From: Octopus vulgaris
Lineage: Eukaryota
Assembly (NCBI GenBank): GCA_951406725.2
Contig: OX597816.1
Coordinates: 17,050,001-17,114,000, forward strand
Length of the DNA: 64,000 nucleotides
Direction: 5' to 3'
Position 1 is the stretch's first letter. Each line of letters opens with the position of its first letter. Positions 1-12,467 of this stretch are shown piece by piece. Both the position numbers and the translations under genes were made by a program. The notes under the pieces were generated by a model. That model had not been told where the DNA came from. It searched no databases and saw nothing but the letters and a program-made list of their open reading frames with translations.

Positions 1-573
1 AAGTAAAAAAAAGACATTCTAATTGAAAATTATTTCAGAATAAAAGCAAATACAACTTCAGACTTATTGATTACAGTAGTTATAGTGGTCAGAGAATATA
101 TTGATTGCTGTTCAGTGGAGTCAATATTTTTTACCATCAATTCGTTACCAAAAATATGTTTAGCAGACGACTTTGGTATTACATTATTGAATACTATTTT
201 TCTTATAAGATTTGAAACGATTTATAAGACTAAGCTTAACAAGGTTTATATTTACCTCACTTGTTTGTACTTCTTATTTGAAGTTTTTTTCTTATTAATT
301 ATAGATGTTTATACATAAACAAAAACAGTTTTATGCTCAAAATTCCCAAAGGTGAGAAATATGGATCTAATATCCTTAGAGAAGAGTTTGCTTATGTGAA
401 TGAATGCACATGTGTACACACAGGAGTGCCATAAAAATAACTTTCTTAAAGCTAACACTGATTTCATATATTGTTTAACAATAAGTTTAATGAAAGATAT
501 AAGTTATTTGGAAAATAGAACATCAACCCAATAATATTAAGATTGTCTGAAGAGTTCTAAGTGGATTAAAGAA

Positions 574-956
574 TCATCATCATCATCATCATCATCATCA
601 TTTACCGTCCGTTCTCCATGCTGGCATGGGTTGGACGGTTCAACTGGGGTCTGTGAAGCTGGAAGGCTTCATCAGGCCCAGTCAGATCTGGCAGTGTTTC
701 TACGGCTGGATGCCCTTCCTAACGCCAACCACTCCGTGAGTGTAGTGGGTGCTTTTTACGTGCCACCTGCACAGGTGCCAGACAGAGCTGGCAAACGGCC
801 ACGAACGGATGGTGCTTTTACGTGTCACCGGCACGGGGCCAGGCGAGGCTGGCACGGACACGAACGGATGGTGCTTTTACGTGCCACCAACATGGGGGCC
901 AGACAGAGCTGGCAAACGGCCACGAAACGGATGGTACTTTTACATGTCACTGGCAC
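574..956 (-). mobile_element. Family A non-autonomous retroposon, (TGA)n tail, ~3.5 internal ~62-bp tandem units
   Basis: (cat)n followed by tttaccgtccgttctccatgctggcatgggttggacgg, a block recurring about 10 times in the window; units start near 751, 814, 873, 936. Confidence 0.85.
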
Positions 957-1149
957 ATTGATAAATATAACTGTGCATAAGATTTTTGTAATAAAATTGT
1001 ATTAGAACACAAAGAGTTTCTCTAGACAACCCTCCCACTAATACAGTAGTTTACGATTCCAGGGTCAAAGAAGTGACCTTAGGGTGAAGTTAATTTTGAA
1101 AGGGTGATGTGAAGTTTGAAATTTACCTTTGTGAGAATAAATTTTGACT

Positions 1150-1700
1150 TGATACTATGAAATGTTTACATGGACAAAGAAAGACAGAAAACCTAGTGCA
1201 AAGCTATTAGGGTACAAGAGAAGCTTTACTGAAGCATGTGGAAAGTTAGAGGCAGAATAGTAAAGTAGAGTGGATAATAAGAAATGAGCCTTATTCATGG
1301 TAGTGTGTAGCAAGAATAATTCTTGATAGAAAAGTAGAAAGCTTTGTATCACCATAACCTAGGTTGAATATAATCTATCAATAAGTTTAATAATACTCTT
1401 ATGGCAATAAAAAAGCTAGGAACTTTAAAGAATTGTAAGATTATGTGTCAGGATAAAGCAAGATACTGCTGAGAAGTGTGTCTTCAAATAAATGGTTGTA
1501 AAATGGTTGTATTTGCCCTCAACAAAAATGGAAATAGATCAAAAGAATCATTAGAGAAGATGGCTTATTAAAGATCACAAACTATATGGTAAAAAAAAAT
1601 TAAGATACAATTAGGAATAAAGACTAAAAAATTAAGCAAGTTTAGTGACAGATGTGGAAATACTGAAGTCATTAAAATAAATTGGTGCCATTCAAGCCAA
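1150..1700 (+). pseudogene. Highly decayed RTE-like LINE, APE endonuclease region
   Basis: Purine-rich, coding-like remnant; NCKI...EKCV..MVV at ~1430-1500 resembles the RTE 'NCKV.PGE.CV.QH.LVV' block; many stops. Confidence 0.35.
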
Positions 1701-1728
1701 GTAGTTCTGGAGATGTTAACCCTGATAA

Positions 1729-1890
1729 GTCGCAGGTTCGGCTGTGAAGTAAGAAGCTTGTTTCCCAACCACATGGTTCTGGGTTCAGTCCCACTGCATA
1801 GCACCTTCTACTATAGCCTTGGGCTGGCCAAACCCTTGGTAGTGGATTTGGTAGACAGAACCTGAAAGACGCCTGCCGTGTGTGTGTGTG
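1729..1890 (+). mobile_element. Family B tRNA-headed SINE, 5' part
   Basis: B-box-like ggttcagtccc, then tactatagcc...gtggatttggtagacagaacctgaaag as in the 3508 copy. Confidence 0.8.
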
Positions 1891-2736
1891 CACATGCATG
1901 TATGTGTGTATAGTGTTTATAACTCAAGAGAGGTATAACTAGAAGATAGCAACAGTACAATGGTTGGAGTTCATAAGCAATATTATTTCTAATGATAAAG
2001 AGATGGGGTTTTTTCCATGCAAAAGTCATATTTTATTATGAATATTCATTATGGACACTGATTTTACTATACATCATCATGAATAGATTTTGTACTGAAA
2101 TTCTGATGAAGGATTTTAAGGATAGGTAGCAACTGGAGGGGAAAATTAGGAGTACAATTCAGTTGAATATTGAACAGGATGTGACAAAATAAATTATATA
2201 TGTTATGGCTTAAACACTGTCTTCTGAGGCAACTGATGTGTGTGTGTGTGTGTGTGTAGTTTCCTTACAAATTAATCTTTAACACATATTAAATTTTTAG
2301 GCATTTACGTATTTATCAATCTCAGGCACAAAATTAATTAAAGAAATGCACACAACCACAACTATTCACATACACATATACACATACATAAACACATATA
2401 TGTATAAAAAAATATACACATATTCATTGGGTTCTATATATGGATCACGTGTTTTTCATTTATCTAATGCCTGCATACTACTACAAGATAAGATAGATCC
2501 TTTATATTAATTAATTACTGTATCTCAATGGCAGTGTGATTAAAATTTTAATACAATATAAAAAAGGGAATTTTAACCATGGCTTAATCAAGAAATCAAA
2601 TTGGTTTCATTTTAGAAAATATACCCTAAACTGTATAAAACACAAAATCCTAATTTTAAAAAAAATCAGTATTTTGAATAAAAGTTATCTGAAACATCTC
2701 GATATTATTTATGGCTTCATAAGTCCTTCGACAGAA

Positions 2737-3121
2737 TCTCTCTCTATATAAACGGCAGTTTGTCTGTGCGTGTTTCTGTGTGTCTGTTTGCTTGTACCCT
2801 CACCCTGACCACGGCTTTCAACCGATTCTGATGAAACTTGACACACACATAGCCCAATGTCATACTTCAAAACTAACGCAGCGAAAATTTTGAAAAGTTC
2901 CCCCACTTCTGAAAAAAATCGATAAATTCGACATGGGGTCGAGAATCAGAAACACGAACCACAAACTGTCTAGGGGACGCAACTCCACCTTTTTTAAATC
3001 TCAAAAAAAAATTTACCATCATTTTTTTCCATTTTTTTGCTGTTTTTTGGCTATAACTCTCTAAAAATGCTTTATAGTTATTTCCCTTACAAACCTGAGC
3101 AACGCCGGGCGATACTGCTAG
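2737..3121 (+). mobile_element. Non-autonomous Helitron, subfamily 1
   Basis: A|TC start, CTAG|T end, subterminal GC hairpin cctgagcaacgccggg, no TSD; near-identical to 10224-10593. Confidence 0.85.
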
Positions 3122-3507
3122 TCTTTACTAAAACTTGATTAATCCATTGCAGGTTGTCCAATAAACAAATAAAACAAAAATAAAATGATTCATATATCTA
3201 CTTTACAAATGTAGGATGAGTTAGACACAAGGTGCCAAAAGAATCATAAAACATTAAAAAATTAACAGTAAAATGACTCATAAAAGTTGTTATGTGTTAT
3301 AACTGATGTAAGGATGGTGAAAATAATAGGCACACTGCTGCTGTAAATAAGAACTATACTTCAATTCTAAGATAAAAGGTGCAAGATTTTCTGTAAAACA
3401 GCTAAGGCTAGGAATAATTTCTCTTGATTTGCTAATTTCAAATATTACAGTTTGAAAGCAAGTGTTTATCCACCTCAAGATTTTTTGTTGAACCTCAGTA
3501 AATTATA

Positions 3508-3898
3508 GGTGCAGGAGTGGTTGTGTAGTAAGTAGCTTGCTTACCAGCCACATGGTTCCAGGTTCAATTCCACTGTGTGGCACCTTGGGAAAGTGTATTC
3601 TACTATAGCCTCAGGCCAATCAAAGCCTTGTGAGTGGATTTGGTAGGTGGAAACTGGAAGAAGCAGGTTGTATATATGTATATATGTATGTGTGTCTATG
3701 TCTGTCCCCCCAACATCGCTTGACAACTGATGCTGGTTTGCTTACGTTCCCGTAACTTAGCAGTTCGGCATAAGAAACCGGTAGAATAAGTACTAGGTTT
3801 ATAAAGAATAAGTCCTGGGGTCGATTTGCTTGACTAAAGGCAGTGCTCCAGTATGGATGCAGTCAAATGACTGAGACAAGTAAAAGAATAAAAGAATA
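3508..3898 (+). mobile_element. Family B SINE, full length
   Basis: tRNA-like head (A/B boxes), CORE-like ccttgggaaagtgt block, internal (TA/TG)n, tail ...gtcaaatgactgagacaagtaaaagaataaaag. Confidence 0.85.
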
Positions 3899-3922
3899 TG
3901 TACAATATTCAAATATATGAAA

Positions 3923-4322
3923 CTAGCAGTATCGCCCGGCGTTGCTCGGGTTTGTAAGGGAAATAACTATATAAGCATTTTTAGAGAGTTATAGCCAAAA
4001 ATTAGCAAAAAGAATGCATTAAAAATGGAAAAAAAATTATGGTAAATTTTTTTTTAAATCGTTGACTCATCGTACACATTTTTAGAGAGTTACTTCCCTT
4101 ATATAATAGCGAAAAAAATGCATTAAAATGGAAAAAAATGATGGTAAATTATTTTTAAAATCGTAGACTCATTGTAGATGTGCGCTAATACCCAGAAGGG
4201 CTCAATATGAATCACGACTATAAGATACCTGCTTTTGGTTACACTGCACCACAAAATGTGGGAGTAGTTAGGAATCTAAATCGTAGGAGACAGACACACA
4301 ACTTGACTTTTATATATAAAGA
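3923..4322 (-). mobile_element. Non-autonomous Helitron, subfamily 2
   Basis: On the minus strand A|TCTTTATATATAAAAG...CTAG|T with hairpin cccgagcaacgccggg; internal ~100-bp tandem duplication. Confidence 0.85.
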
Positions 4323-5612
4323 TTTGCATTGAGAATTGATTGCTTTCAAGAATAACATTGCAACAATAGACAATTGGAAAAGAAATAAAATACCTATCAA
4401 TCTACCTAACCATACTTTCAGATTTTAAAACCACAGGCATTATCACGAAATATATTTCTGTTCTAACAGCCAAATTATGTGGTAATAAATAGATAAACTT
4501 ATATTTTGCACTGTTCCTACAGAGATGAAGGGAAAAGTTTATTTGCATATACTGAAATTGGAACCAATAGCAACAATGAAAAATACCTTGTTTAGTGCTC
4601 TGTTGCCTTGCATATTTATATTCTTCATATGGAAATGAGTATTAAATGATAGATTTATATGAGCAAAAATGATTCCAAAGAAATAATGCAATAGCCCATG
4701 GCTGGAATGGAGCCAAACATCTACAAAGCATTGAACTACAGGAAAATTGTTACTTTTATATCCGAATTAAGCATAGATATGTTTAAATTCTTACTGTCAA
4801 GCAGCTATGAATTTTTGTAGATGTACCCAGATTTGCCTTAACTAAAGCCTTTTACAAAGTTTCCATACACATATTTGTAGATTACAAACCAGCAGAAATC
4901 ATCAATTAGATACAAATGATTGCCAGAGTAGTAGTACCATGAAGAAGCAATAAGTTACAACCTTGTTTTAATTACAGAATTCAGTCATTCTAATTAATTT
5001 CTTGTGCTAATTCAGGGAAATATTTTATTAAAAGTTCCATTAGCTATATTATTAGCTATTGATAGTTTGTAATTTATTTACATCAAATGCTATATGAAGT
5101 TTTTATGTGTATAATCCTCCCTTGCAGACACTACATATTGCTCTTTTGAGAAAGTGAATTAATACTTGAGAAACACATTCCTTTATTAAGTATTAATAAA
5201 TTCTAATAAAAAATTTCAGTTGGATAATTGGTATTGTACGAATACAATAGACTGAAAGCTATCCAATTATCAACTGGTGAAACCAATGAACTGCAATGAC
5301 AAATGAAATGAAGTGAAAATAGTTAAATTGCAAATATTAAACTAAATCACCAACACCAATATCTTATTTCCATACAATATAGATATTGCAAATTTCTGAA
5401 TGATATGCACATAATATATTTCTCCAAATATCTAGCTAATTGGCATTTTGCTATCTTTCCCAAAATAGACTCTTTAATTATTTAGTATATATATATTGTA
5501 CTACAGCAGTGGCTTTTATTTCTCATTTGCTGTTGATAATGAGAACACCAAGTTCTGAATTGAAAATCTTGAGATCATGAAATCCCAGGTCAGATTTAGC
5601 AACAGAGTAATA

Positions 5613-6013
5613 TATTTATATATAAAAGTGAAGTTGTGTGTCTGTCTCCTACGATTTAGATTCTTAACTACTCCCACATTTTGTGGTGCAGTTTAACCAA
5701 AACCGGGTATCTTATAGTCGTGATTCATATCGAGCCCTTCTGGGTATTAGCACGCGTCAACGATGAGTCTACGATTTTAAAAATAATTTACCATCATTTT
5801 TTTCCATTTTAATGCATTTTTTCGCTATTATATAAGGGAAGTAACTCTCTAAAAATGTCTTCGATGAGTCAACGATTTAAAAAAAAATTTACCATCATTT
5901 TTTTTTCCATTTTTAATGCATTTTTTTTGCTATTTTTTTGGCTATAACTTTCTAAAAATGCTTATATAGTTATTTCCCTTACAAACCCGAGCAACGCCAG
6001 GTGATACTGCTAG
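5613..6013 (+). mobile_element. Non-autonomous Helitron, subfamily 2
   Basis: Reverse-complement match to 3923-4322 over its full length; ends gatactgCTAG|T; 5' TC mutated to TA. Confidence 0.85.
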
Positions 6014-6844
6014 TATAAAATATAAAGAAAATTTAAATACATATATTTTATTATTGTCAGAGCAATCTTTACAAACTTGGTATCAACTAGAATATTTAAG
6101 GGCATATCTGAGGGAATATAAATGAAATTAATTAAAATTTACAAAGAACATTAATAATGAACATAATCCAAACTAACAGATTTTCTCTTTTTTTTCTTTT
6201 TTACAAGGAGAGTAGTAAATCTATAAAGTAAATCAAATATTGATGTAACCGAACAACACATCAACAGTCACTATAATATTGGTAATAAAGTATCTAATGA
6301 ACTAAGTCTGTGACCCAAATTCAATCTCAAGCCATAAGCATTTCCCTATTTTCTGTCTTTACTAACACACTTAAGACATGCCTGAATACAACAGCATTAA
6401 TTCCCCAACTCCTCAAAGCAATAAAGTTGATCTACTGATATTTAAAACTAATTAACAAGAGTAAAGAAACTGATATCACTTATTGAACAGTTATATAAGG
6501 GAAATAAATATTTATCTCTAACAGTAAAATAACTGCGACTTGTATTACAACACATTTTAATATAAGCTCAATATTTGCAATTATTCTAAAATTATTCAAA
6601 TTCATGTAAAAATCCTGACAAAAGCTAGCCACTCAATATTTTGCTTGCCTAAAGGGAAAAGTGAAACTAAAAGTAACATTCTTATATCTTAGTTGTTTAA
6701 TAATTTAGTCTCTAAGAAATATATTAAGAAATGAACAATACAATAATTGAGAAAATAAATTATGATATATAGATCATTTTTAAGATATAATGAGCAAATA
6801 ACCCCATGAACTAAAAATATATTCCTGAGTATAATTTTAGTTTA

Positions 6845-7061
6845 TAAATAATCCTTCCTGTAATAGGCACAAGGCCTGGAATTTTGGGGCAATGGGATAA
6901 TGAATTACATGAATCCCAGTGCTCAACTGGTGTCTATTTTATTGACCTCAAAAGGATGAAAGCAAAGTGAACATCAGCAGTATTTGAATTCAGAGCATAA
7001 AGACAGATGAAATGCCACCAAGTATTTTGCTGACATGTTAATTCTGTCACTTCACCACCTT
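6845..7061 (-). mobile_element. Family D SINE, decayed
   Basis: Matches 49103-49333 (aactggt..ttattgacctcaaaaggatgaaagcaaagt..tttgaattcaga). Confidence 0.7.
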
Positions 7062-7909
7062 ATTTTAGTATATATGCAATAATAGCAAGAATGAAATGAG
7101 AAAAAAAAGAATTCAAAAACAGATAATTTGTTGACATTTGAAATTAATTATTCAGCAAAATTCATGTGTAAAAGATAGAAAAATAAATTGTTTAGCAAAA
7201 TCACTTCTTTTTTTTAAAGTGTGGGGTGTCATATGAAGATTAGAAAGTATCAATATTTTATGTAATTGTAAATAACATTAAATTATAAAAGTTAATAAAA
7301 ATGTAAACTGTGGTAAGTAAATGTTATAAGCTAAATAGAATTACATGTGTAGGAATAAAATAGTATATTTCAAAGAGAATATAAAGTGGTTTTCATTCTA
7401 ATTAACTTCATTAATATTTTAGTAACAGCTCTTATAATTTATACATCAGTTTTATTGAACTTTGGTCAAATTTCTAGTCAGAGTCACATGGTAATAGCAT
7501 TCATAACTTTGCTTCAAGTTTTCTCCAGTTCCCAATCAATAACTAAATATGCTTGATTTTAAGTGAAAGGTGAAATATCTCTAAAATAATCTGTGTTAAG
7601 CTATCAACAATATTTAAGTAGCTATTTATAGTGAAATCTGGTAAAAATTTTATGAGCTGAAAATAAGGGTTTTTGAATAAAGTTGCACCTTTTAACCCTT
7701 TAATTATCTGTCAATTGACAGATATCTGAGTCAACACTTATTTCTAGTTTTTAGCCAACAATTAGACCTTGGCTACCTAAGCAAAAGAACCAGATGCAAT
7801 GTCAACTTGCATCATACTCTTCGCTTACAACATTTTAACATATATTTTGAAATATAAACAATATTTACAAATTCATTAGTTGAAATATGAGTAATTGTCT
7901 ACGGATATA

Positions 7910-8474
7910 CAAGTGTAACGGGAATTAGTTGCTTCTTGCACTTTTGGGGTGCAACTCGGGTGCATTCACAATTTCCGTTCCTTTAAATTTCCAGATTCTA
8001 CCAGTCAAAGAACACAAACGCAACAGTAAAAATATATACTCTTTATTTTTCTTATAACAGTAAGAAATAAGGTGGTATATTTGGTTCCACTTGGTATGGA
8101 TGTGGCAAAGCTGAAACTTTAACGCTTGTAAGAATCGTACAAGTTCAGCAGCAACAGAGCTGGTCAATATGGCGTCCTTAGAGAGCGGAGAAAATACACG
8201 TCTGCTACAATTTGGTGTGGGCAGCCTTCTGCTTACTACTGTCCGTGTCTCCGGTATCCTTTGGTTAAGGTTTTACCTTCCCACGCCTCCTGTCAGCTAA
8301 ATGCCACGTCATCATTCCCTTCTTCCGGTCTTCGCGCATGCGCGAGAGGGCACATCCCTCTGCCTTTCCAGAAGGCTCCAACCCCGCACACACGAACTGA
8401 AGATGACGTTGCGCGCACGCGCACTGTTGGATAGCGTCACTACACAAGTTACAACATTATGTGTCAAGGTATGT
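7910..8474. promoter_or_regulatory. CpG-rich promoter-like island
   Basis: Local CpG enrichment in CpG-poor flanks; YY1-like AATATGGCG 8166-8174; TGCCACGTCATCA (CREB3/XBP1-type) 8302-8314; ETS CTTCCGG 8322-8328; NRF1 palindrome TCGCGCATGCGCGA 8332-8345; GATGACGT 8402-8409; GCGCACGCGCA 8413-8423; donor-like AAG|GTATGT at 8468/8469. Confidence 0.7.
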
Positions 8475-9464
8475 TAGCAGCATTTGACAAATCAATGATG
8501 CAAAGAAAATGAGACAAACACTACACATGAACCTCATCCTTCTCTAGTTCCTTTCCAAATAACTGTGTCTTGACCACAGACATAGTTCTGTGCTGGTAAA
8601 AGCATAAAAGCTACCAACCTTTTTAACTGGTTGTCTGCTAAACAACCAACTCATTCATACTCTATTACATGAATGTAATATTTTTCAATTTTGACTTCAA
8701 ATAATGAGACTGACTCCATTAATTTGTTCCAGAGACCATTAACATGATATTGCTAGATTAATTCTTTAGATTGCTGGCTTCAATTCCTCTAGCATCTGCA
8801 GCAACCTAAGAGATTACAAATTGATAAGAATTTTACAAGGTAGTGGTGTATCTTCGCTTAAGAACATATGCAACAAGCGTCTAACTAATGACTTATTTAC
8901 GCATATCATGTCTAGAATTAAGAAACCAGACTTCCTTAAATATTATTCACACAACGGTATAAAGTTTATTGACTTTTGTTCACAAAGAAATGGTTTTAAT
9001 GCTCTATGTTTTTGGCAAGAGATTTTATATGAAATCATGTGTCAAACAGATACTGTTTCTTTTTACTTTGTTTGTTTGCCAGGTTATCCATTATTAAACA
9101 CACGGTCAATTAATAAATTATTCACTTCTTTATTATTTATATACAGCTATTCATGAGTATCAGAGACTTATCAAACCACTGTGACCTGTTTCATGACCTG
9201 AACTGCATCTACTTGAGTTGTCTAAAGTAGTTGCTTATACACCATTATGTATTCATCTTTAACTGGCCATTATCTTTGCATTTTCATTTACTTGTTCTTA
9301 ATGCATTCTGAATAGTTGTCCAAAGAGATAATCTACTCATGGTATTTTCTCTTTTATCACAGTATGAAAGTAGGATTTCATAGGTCAATAACACAGGACC
9401 CTTGAGCTATTAGTAAACTAATACCTGCTAATATAATCAGTAAACTAAATACCTGCAAGCATAA

Positions 9465-9640
9465 AACCTTCATAGGGTTATTTGACCTGCAAGAAATAAT
9501 AACAGAATTCCGTCAAATCAATTCCTTTTGTCTGAGAATGTAGTTGTAGATATGATAAAAGTTGGAATGGTCATAACTGGAATGCCTTTCACCACAGCCG
9601 TGTTCAATCCAGAGACATAAGGCCAAACAGCAACAGCAAA
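9465..9640 (+). mobile_element. Family G repeat, (CAA)n-tailed, decayed
   Basis: Reverse-complement similarity to 11796-11990 and 37010-37222 (ggtcataactggaatgcctt). Confidence 0.55.
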
Positions 9641-10223
9641 AATCACACAAAAACCAACTACCCCACCACTCCTTTCCAAATTAGTTGTGATGTTAGCAAT
9701 TACCTGTATAATTGTATGTTTGTATTTAATTGGACATAGGACAATCACATTCCAATGATTGATTCATAATTTTGATATTATTTCTGTACAATTTACAACT
9801 TTCCTACTGTTGTCATCATTATAATTTTATAAAATGACATTGTAATGTTGTTGTCACTTCACTACTTTTCTGTTAAAAACTGGCCCTTACCTCACTGTAT
9901 GAAGATGAACTCTACAGCTATAAATAATGTTAGGTCTTTTAGGATTTCAGATATCATTTCAATACGAAAATTGCACTGAAGGATTTCCAGACAATGCTGA
10001 TACTACACAGATGGGAAATCCGGAAAGTAGTTGAAGGTCATTTTCTTTTCGGGACATTTTCTTTTCAACATAATGTTTATATTGCCCATCTAGACACCTT
10101 ATAATATTATTGCTAAAGTTGCACTTTAACTGTTTGACTCATGAACTTTCACAGCTGCAATCTGATAACTACACTACCATCATGTCATTAGCACATTTCC
10201 AGACAAAACAAGCTAGATAAGAA

Positions 10224-10593
10224 TCTCTCTATATATAAACGGCAGTTTGTCTGTGCGTGTTTCTGTGTGTCTGTTTGCTTGTACCCTCACCCTGACCACG
10301 GCTTTCAACCGATTCTGATGAAACTTGACACACACATAGCCCAATGTCATAATTCAAAACTAACGCAGCGAAAATTTTGAAAAGTTCCCCCAGTTCTGAA
10401 AAAATCGATAAAATCGACATGGGGTCGAGAATCAGAAACAAACCACAGACTGTCTAGGGGACGCAACTCAACCTTTTTTAACTAAAAAAAAAATTTACCA
10501 TCATTTTTTTGCTATTTTTTGGCTATAACTCTCTAAAAATGCTTTCTAGTTATTTCCCTTACAAACCTGAGCAACGCCGGGCGATACTGCTAG
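10224..10593 (+). mobile_element. Non-autonomous Helitron, subfamily 1
   Basis: A|TC...CTAG|T termini, 3' hairpin; near-identical to 2737-3121. Confidence 0.85.
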
Positions 10594-11795
10594 TATAATA
10601 ATAAAAAAATAACCAAAGAATTCATCTTTTAAGAAACAGACTACAGAGGTATTATGAAATACATTGAAACAAGCCCTTGGAAAAATTGTCTATATAAATA
10701 ATACTTAGGTTTAATAGCTGCAAAATCATCAGACACTACCAAACCACAAGAGGACTAGTTTTTAATAAAAAAAATAATAATAATGATGGAAGCTATTTTG
10801 GGAGCAATTGGCAAATCAGAGAATTTTGCATGTTACAAAACAACTGAAAATCTAAATTTATTTTTAAATACTGTTTATAAAATAAAGACTGAAAACAAAT
10901 ATATATATATTTTAAAACTAAATTATTGATAACATTATATGATGAAATATAAGAAGACATATAAAAAGACTGCATTATTAAATTATTTTATCACATAAAA
11001 TACACATCATTTTACATTTAACATGTTTGGCATAATATTGCATTACACTTCTTATAACTAAAATGGGAACTAGCAACTATGAAGAAGAGAAAAAGAGATC
11101 AAAGTAAATTGAGAAGAAAGAACCAATGGAGCAGAAAGGAAAATAAAGAAAAGAGAGAAGAGAATGTGTAAATTTGAAGCTGCTTATGAGGCAAAGAAAA
11201 ATTCTATAAATAGTTATATGATTCAAAATATAATGGAATAGAAAAGGTTAAAAGAAATTCAAGATATAGGATCAAAAAATTATTTACAGAGTTTTCAAGC
11301 ACGTTTTTCTATAGAACTACTCAAATACTCTTGTAGTGTTATTGATTGTAAAGTGATACTTGAAGAAGAAAAAAAATTAAATCTATATAAATAAAATATA
11401 CCACTTTTTAAAATTTTAGGTATACACATTTCAGTATTCTAAATAAAAAAAGAAAAAGAATTAAAAAAAAGTTTTACATATCCATAATAAAAATAAGAAT
11501 TGATTTCGTTCACTCTATCTTCCTTACTTTAAATATCTTGGTAGTAAGGGTACGTTAAAGTGAAAATGTTATTTAAGATATTTTCCAATTAATGTTAAGA
11601 AATAAATAAACAGTAAAATTGATATTACTTCTAATTAGAACATGAATACTAAATAAACTAAACTATAATGAAAAATAAAAAAAAATATTGTCTGATAATA
11701 ATTAATGTTAGATTTCTCTTTTCTTTTGACTTTGTTACATTCCTTGGTTAGATTCTTTTCCTTTTTAGCTTTGGTTAGACAGAGTGAAACAAGAT

Positions 11796-11990
11796 TTTGT
11801 TGCTGTTTAGCCCCAGGATAATTCTAATCAGACATTCCAGCTGTGACCATCCAATTTGAAGAGGGTGTCTAGGACTATATTAGCTAATGTGTCCTCTCTT
11901 TTTAAATCATGGGGATGAGATCTGAGGGTTATTTGGCTGTTATTTTAAATGAGCAGATTAAGCAAAGACATAGGGGTTTCTTCATTGGCT
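11796..11990 (-). mobile_element. Family G repeat
   Basis: (ttg)n tttagccccagg...cattccagctgtgaccatcc...ttggct, collinear with 37010-37222. Confidence 0.65.
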
Positions 11991-12055
11991 TAATTGAAAC
12001 AAGTATAAATTAGTGCTTGGCAAAATACAGTGTAACACAATGTCTACATTTATTT

Positions 12056-12467
12056 ACCAGTGTCACACTACTGGAACTCGAGCCCCGTGCTAGTAAGGTA
12101 TTAAGGGCACCATGTGAGCATAATCGTTGCCAGAGCAGCTATCTGGACTCTGTGCCGGTGGGATGTAAAAAACATCATTCAAGCGTAATCGTTACCAGCA
12201 TCGCCTTACTGGCACCTGCGCTGGTGGCATGTGTAAAACATTCGAGCGAGGTCGTGGCCAGTGCCACCTGACTGGCCCCGTGCCAATGGCATATAAAAGC
12301 ACCCACTACACTCTCGGAGTGGTTGGTGTTAGGAAGGGCATCCAGCTGTAGAAACTCTGCCAAATCAAGATTGAAGCCCGGTGCAGCCATCTGGTTTGCC
12401 AGCCCTCAGTCATACATCCAACCCATGCTAGCATGGAAAGCGGACGTTAAATGATGATGATGATGAT
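12056..12467 (+). mobile_element. Family A retroposon, ~4 diverged internal tandem units
   Basis: aaaagcacccactacactctcggagtggttgg...catggaaagcggacgttaa(atg)n. Confidence 0.85.

Noticed and set aside
30-318. 83-aa ORF with an open mirror frame on the minus strand
   Set aside because: No recognisable motif or convincing splice boundaries
751-956. CRISPR-like periodic array
   Set aside because: Units are contiguous diverged tandem repeats without unique spacers, inside a eukaryotic retroposon; no cas genes
631-1005. 124-aa ORF and similar 'LDALPNANHS' ORFs (12175, 17240, 34592, 45025, 50089)
   Set aside because: Chance open frames in GC-richer family A repeats; not genes
2828-2840. CTGATGA in Helitron subfamily 1 as a hammerhead core
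   Set aside because: Runs directly into AAC with no stem II or separate GAAA
8169-8300. 43-aa ORF MASLESGENT... in the CpG island
   Set aside because: No recognisable family and the ATGGCG is equally explained as a YY1 site; could only be a uORF
9885-10200. Minus-strand exon ending at strong donor GAG|GTAAGG (9891/9890)
   Set aside because: No sustained open frame or recognisable peptide; a non-coding exon cannot be excluded
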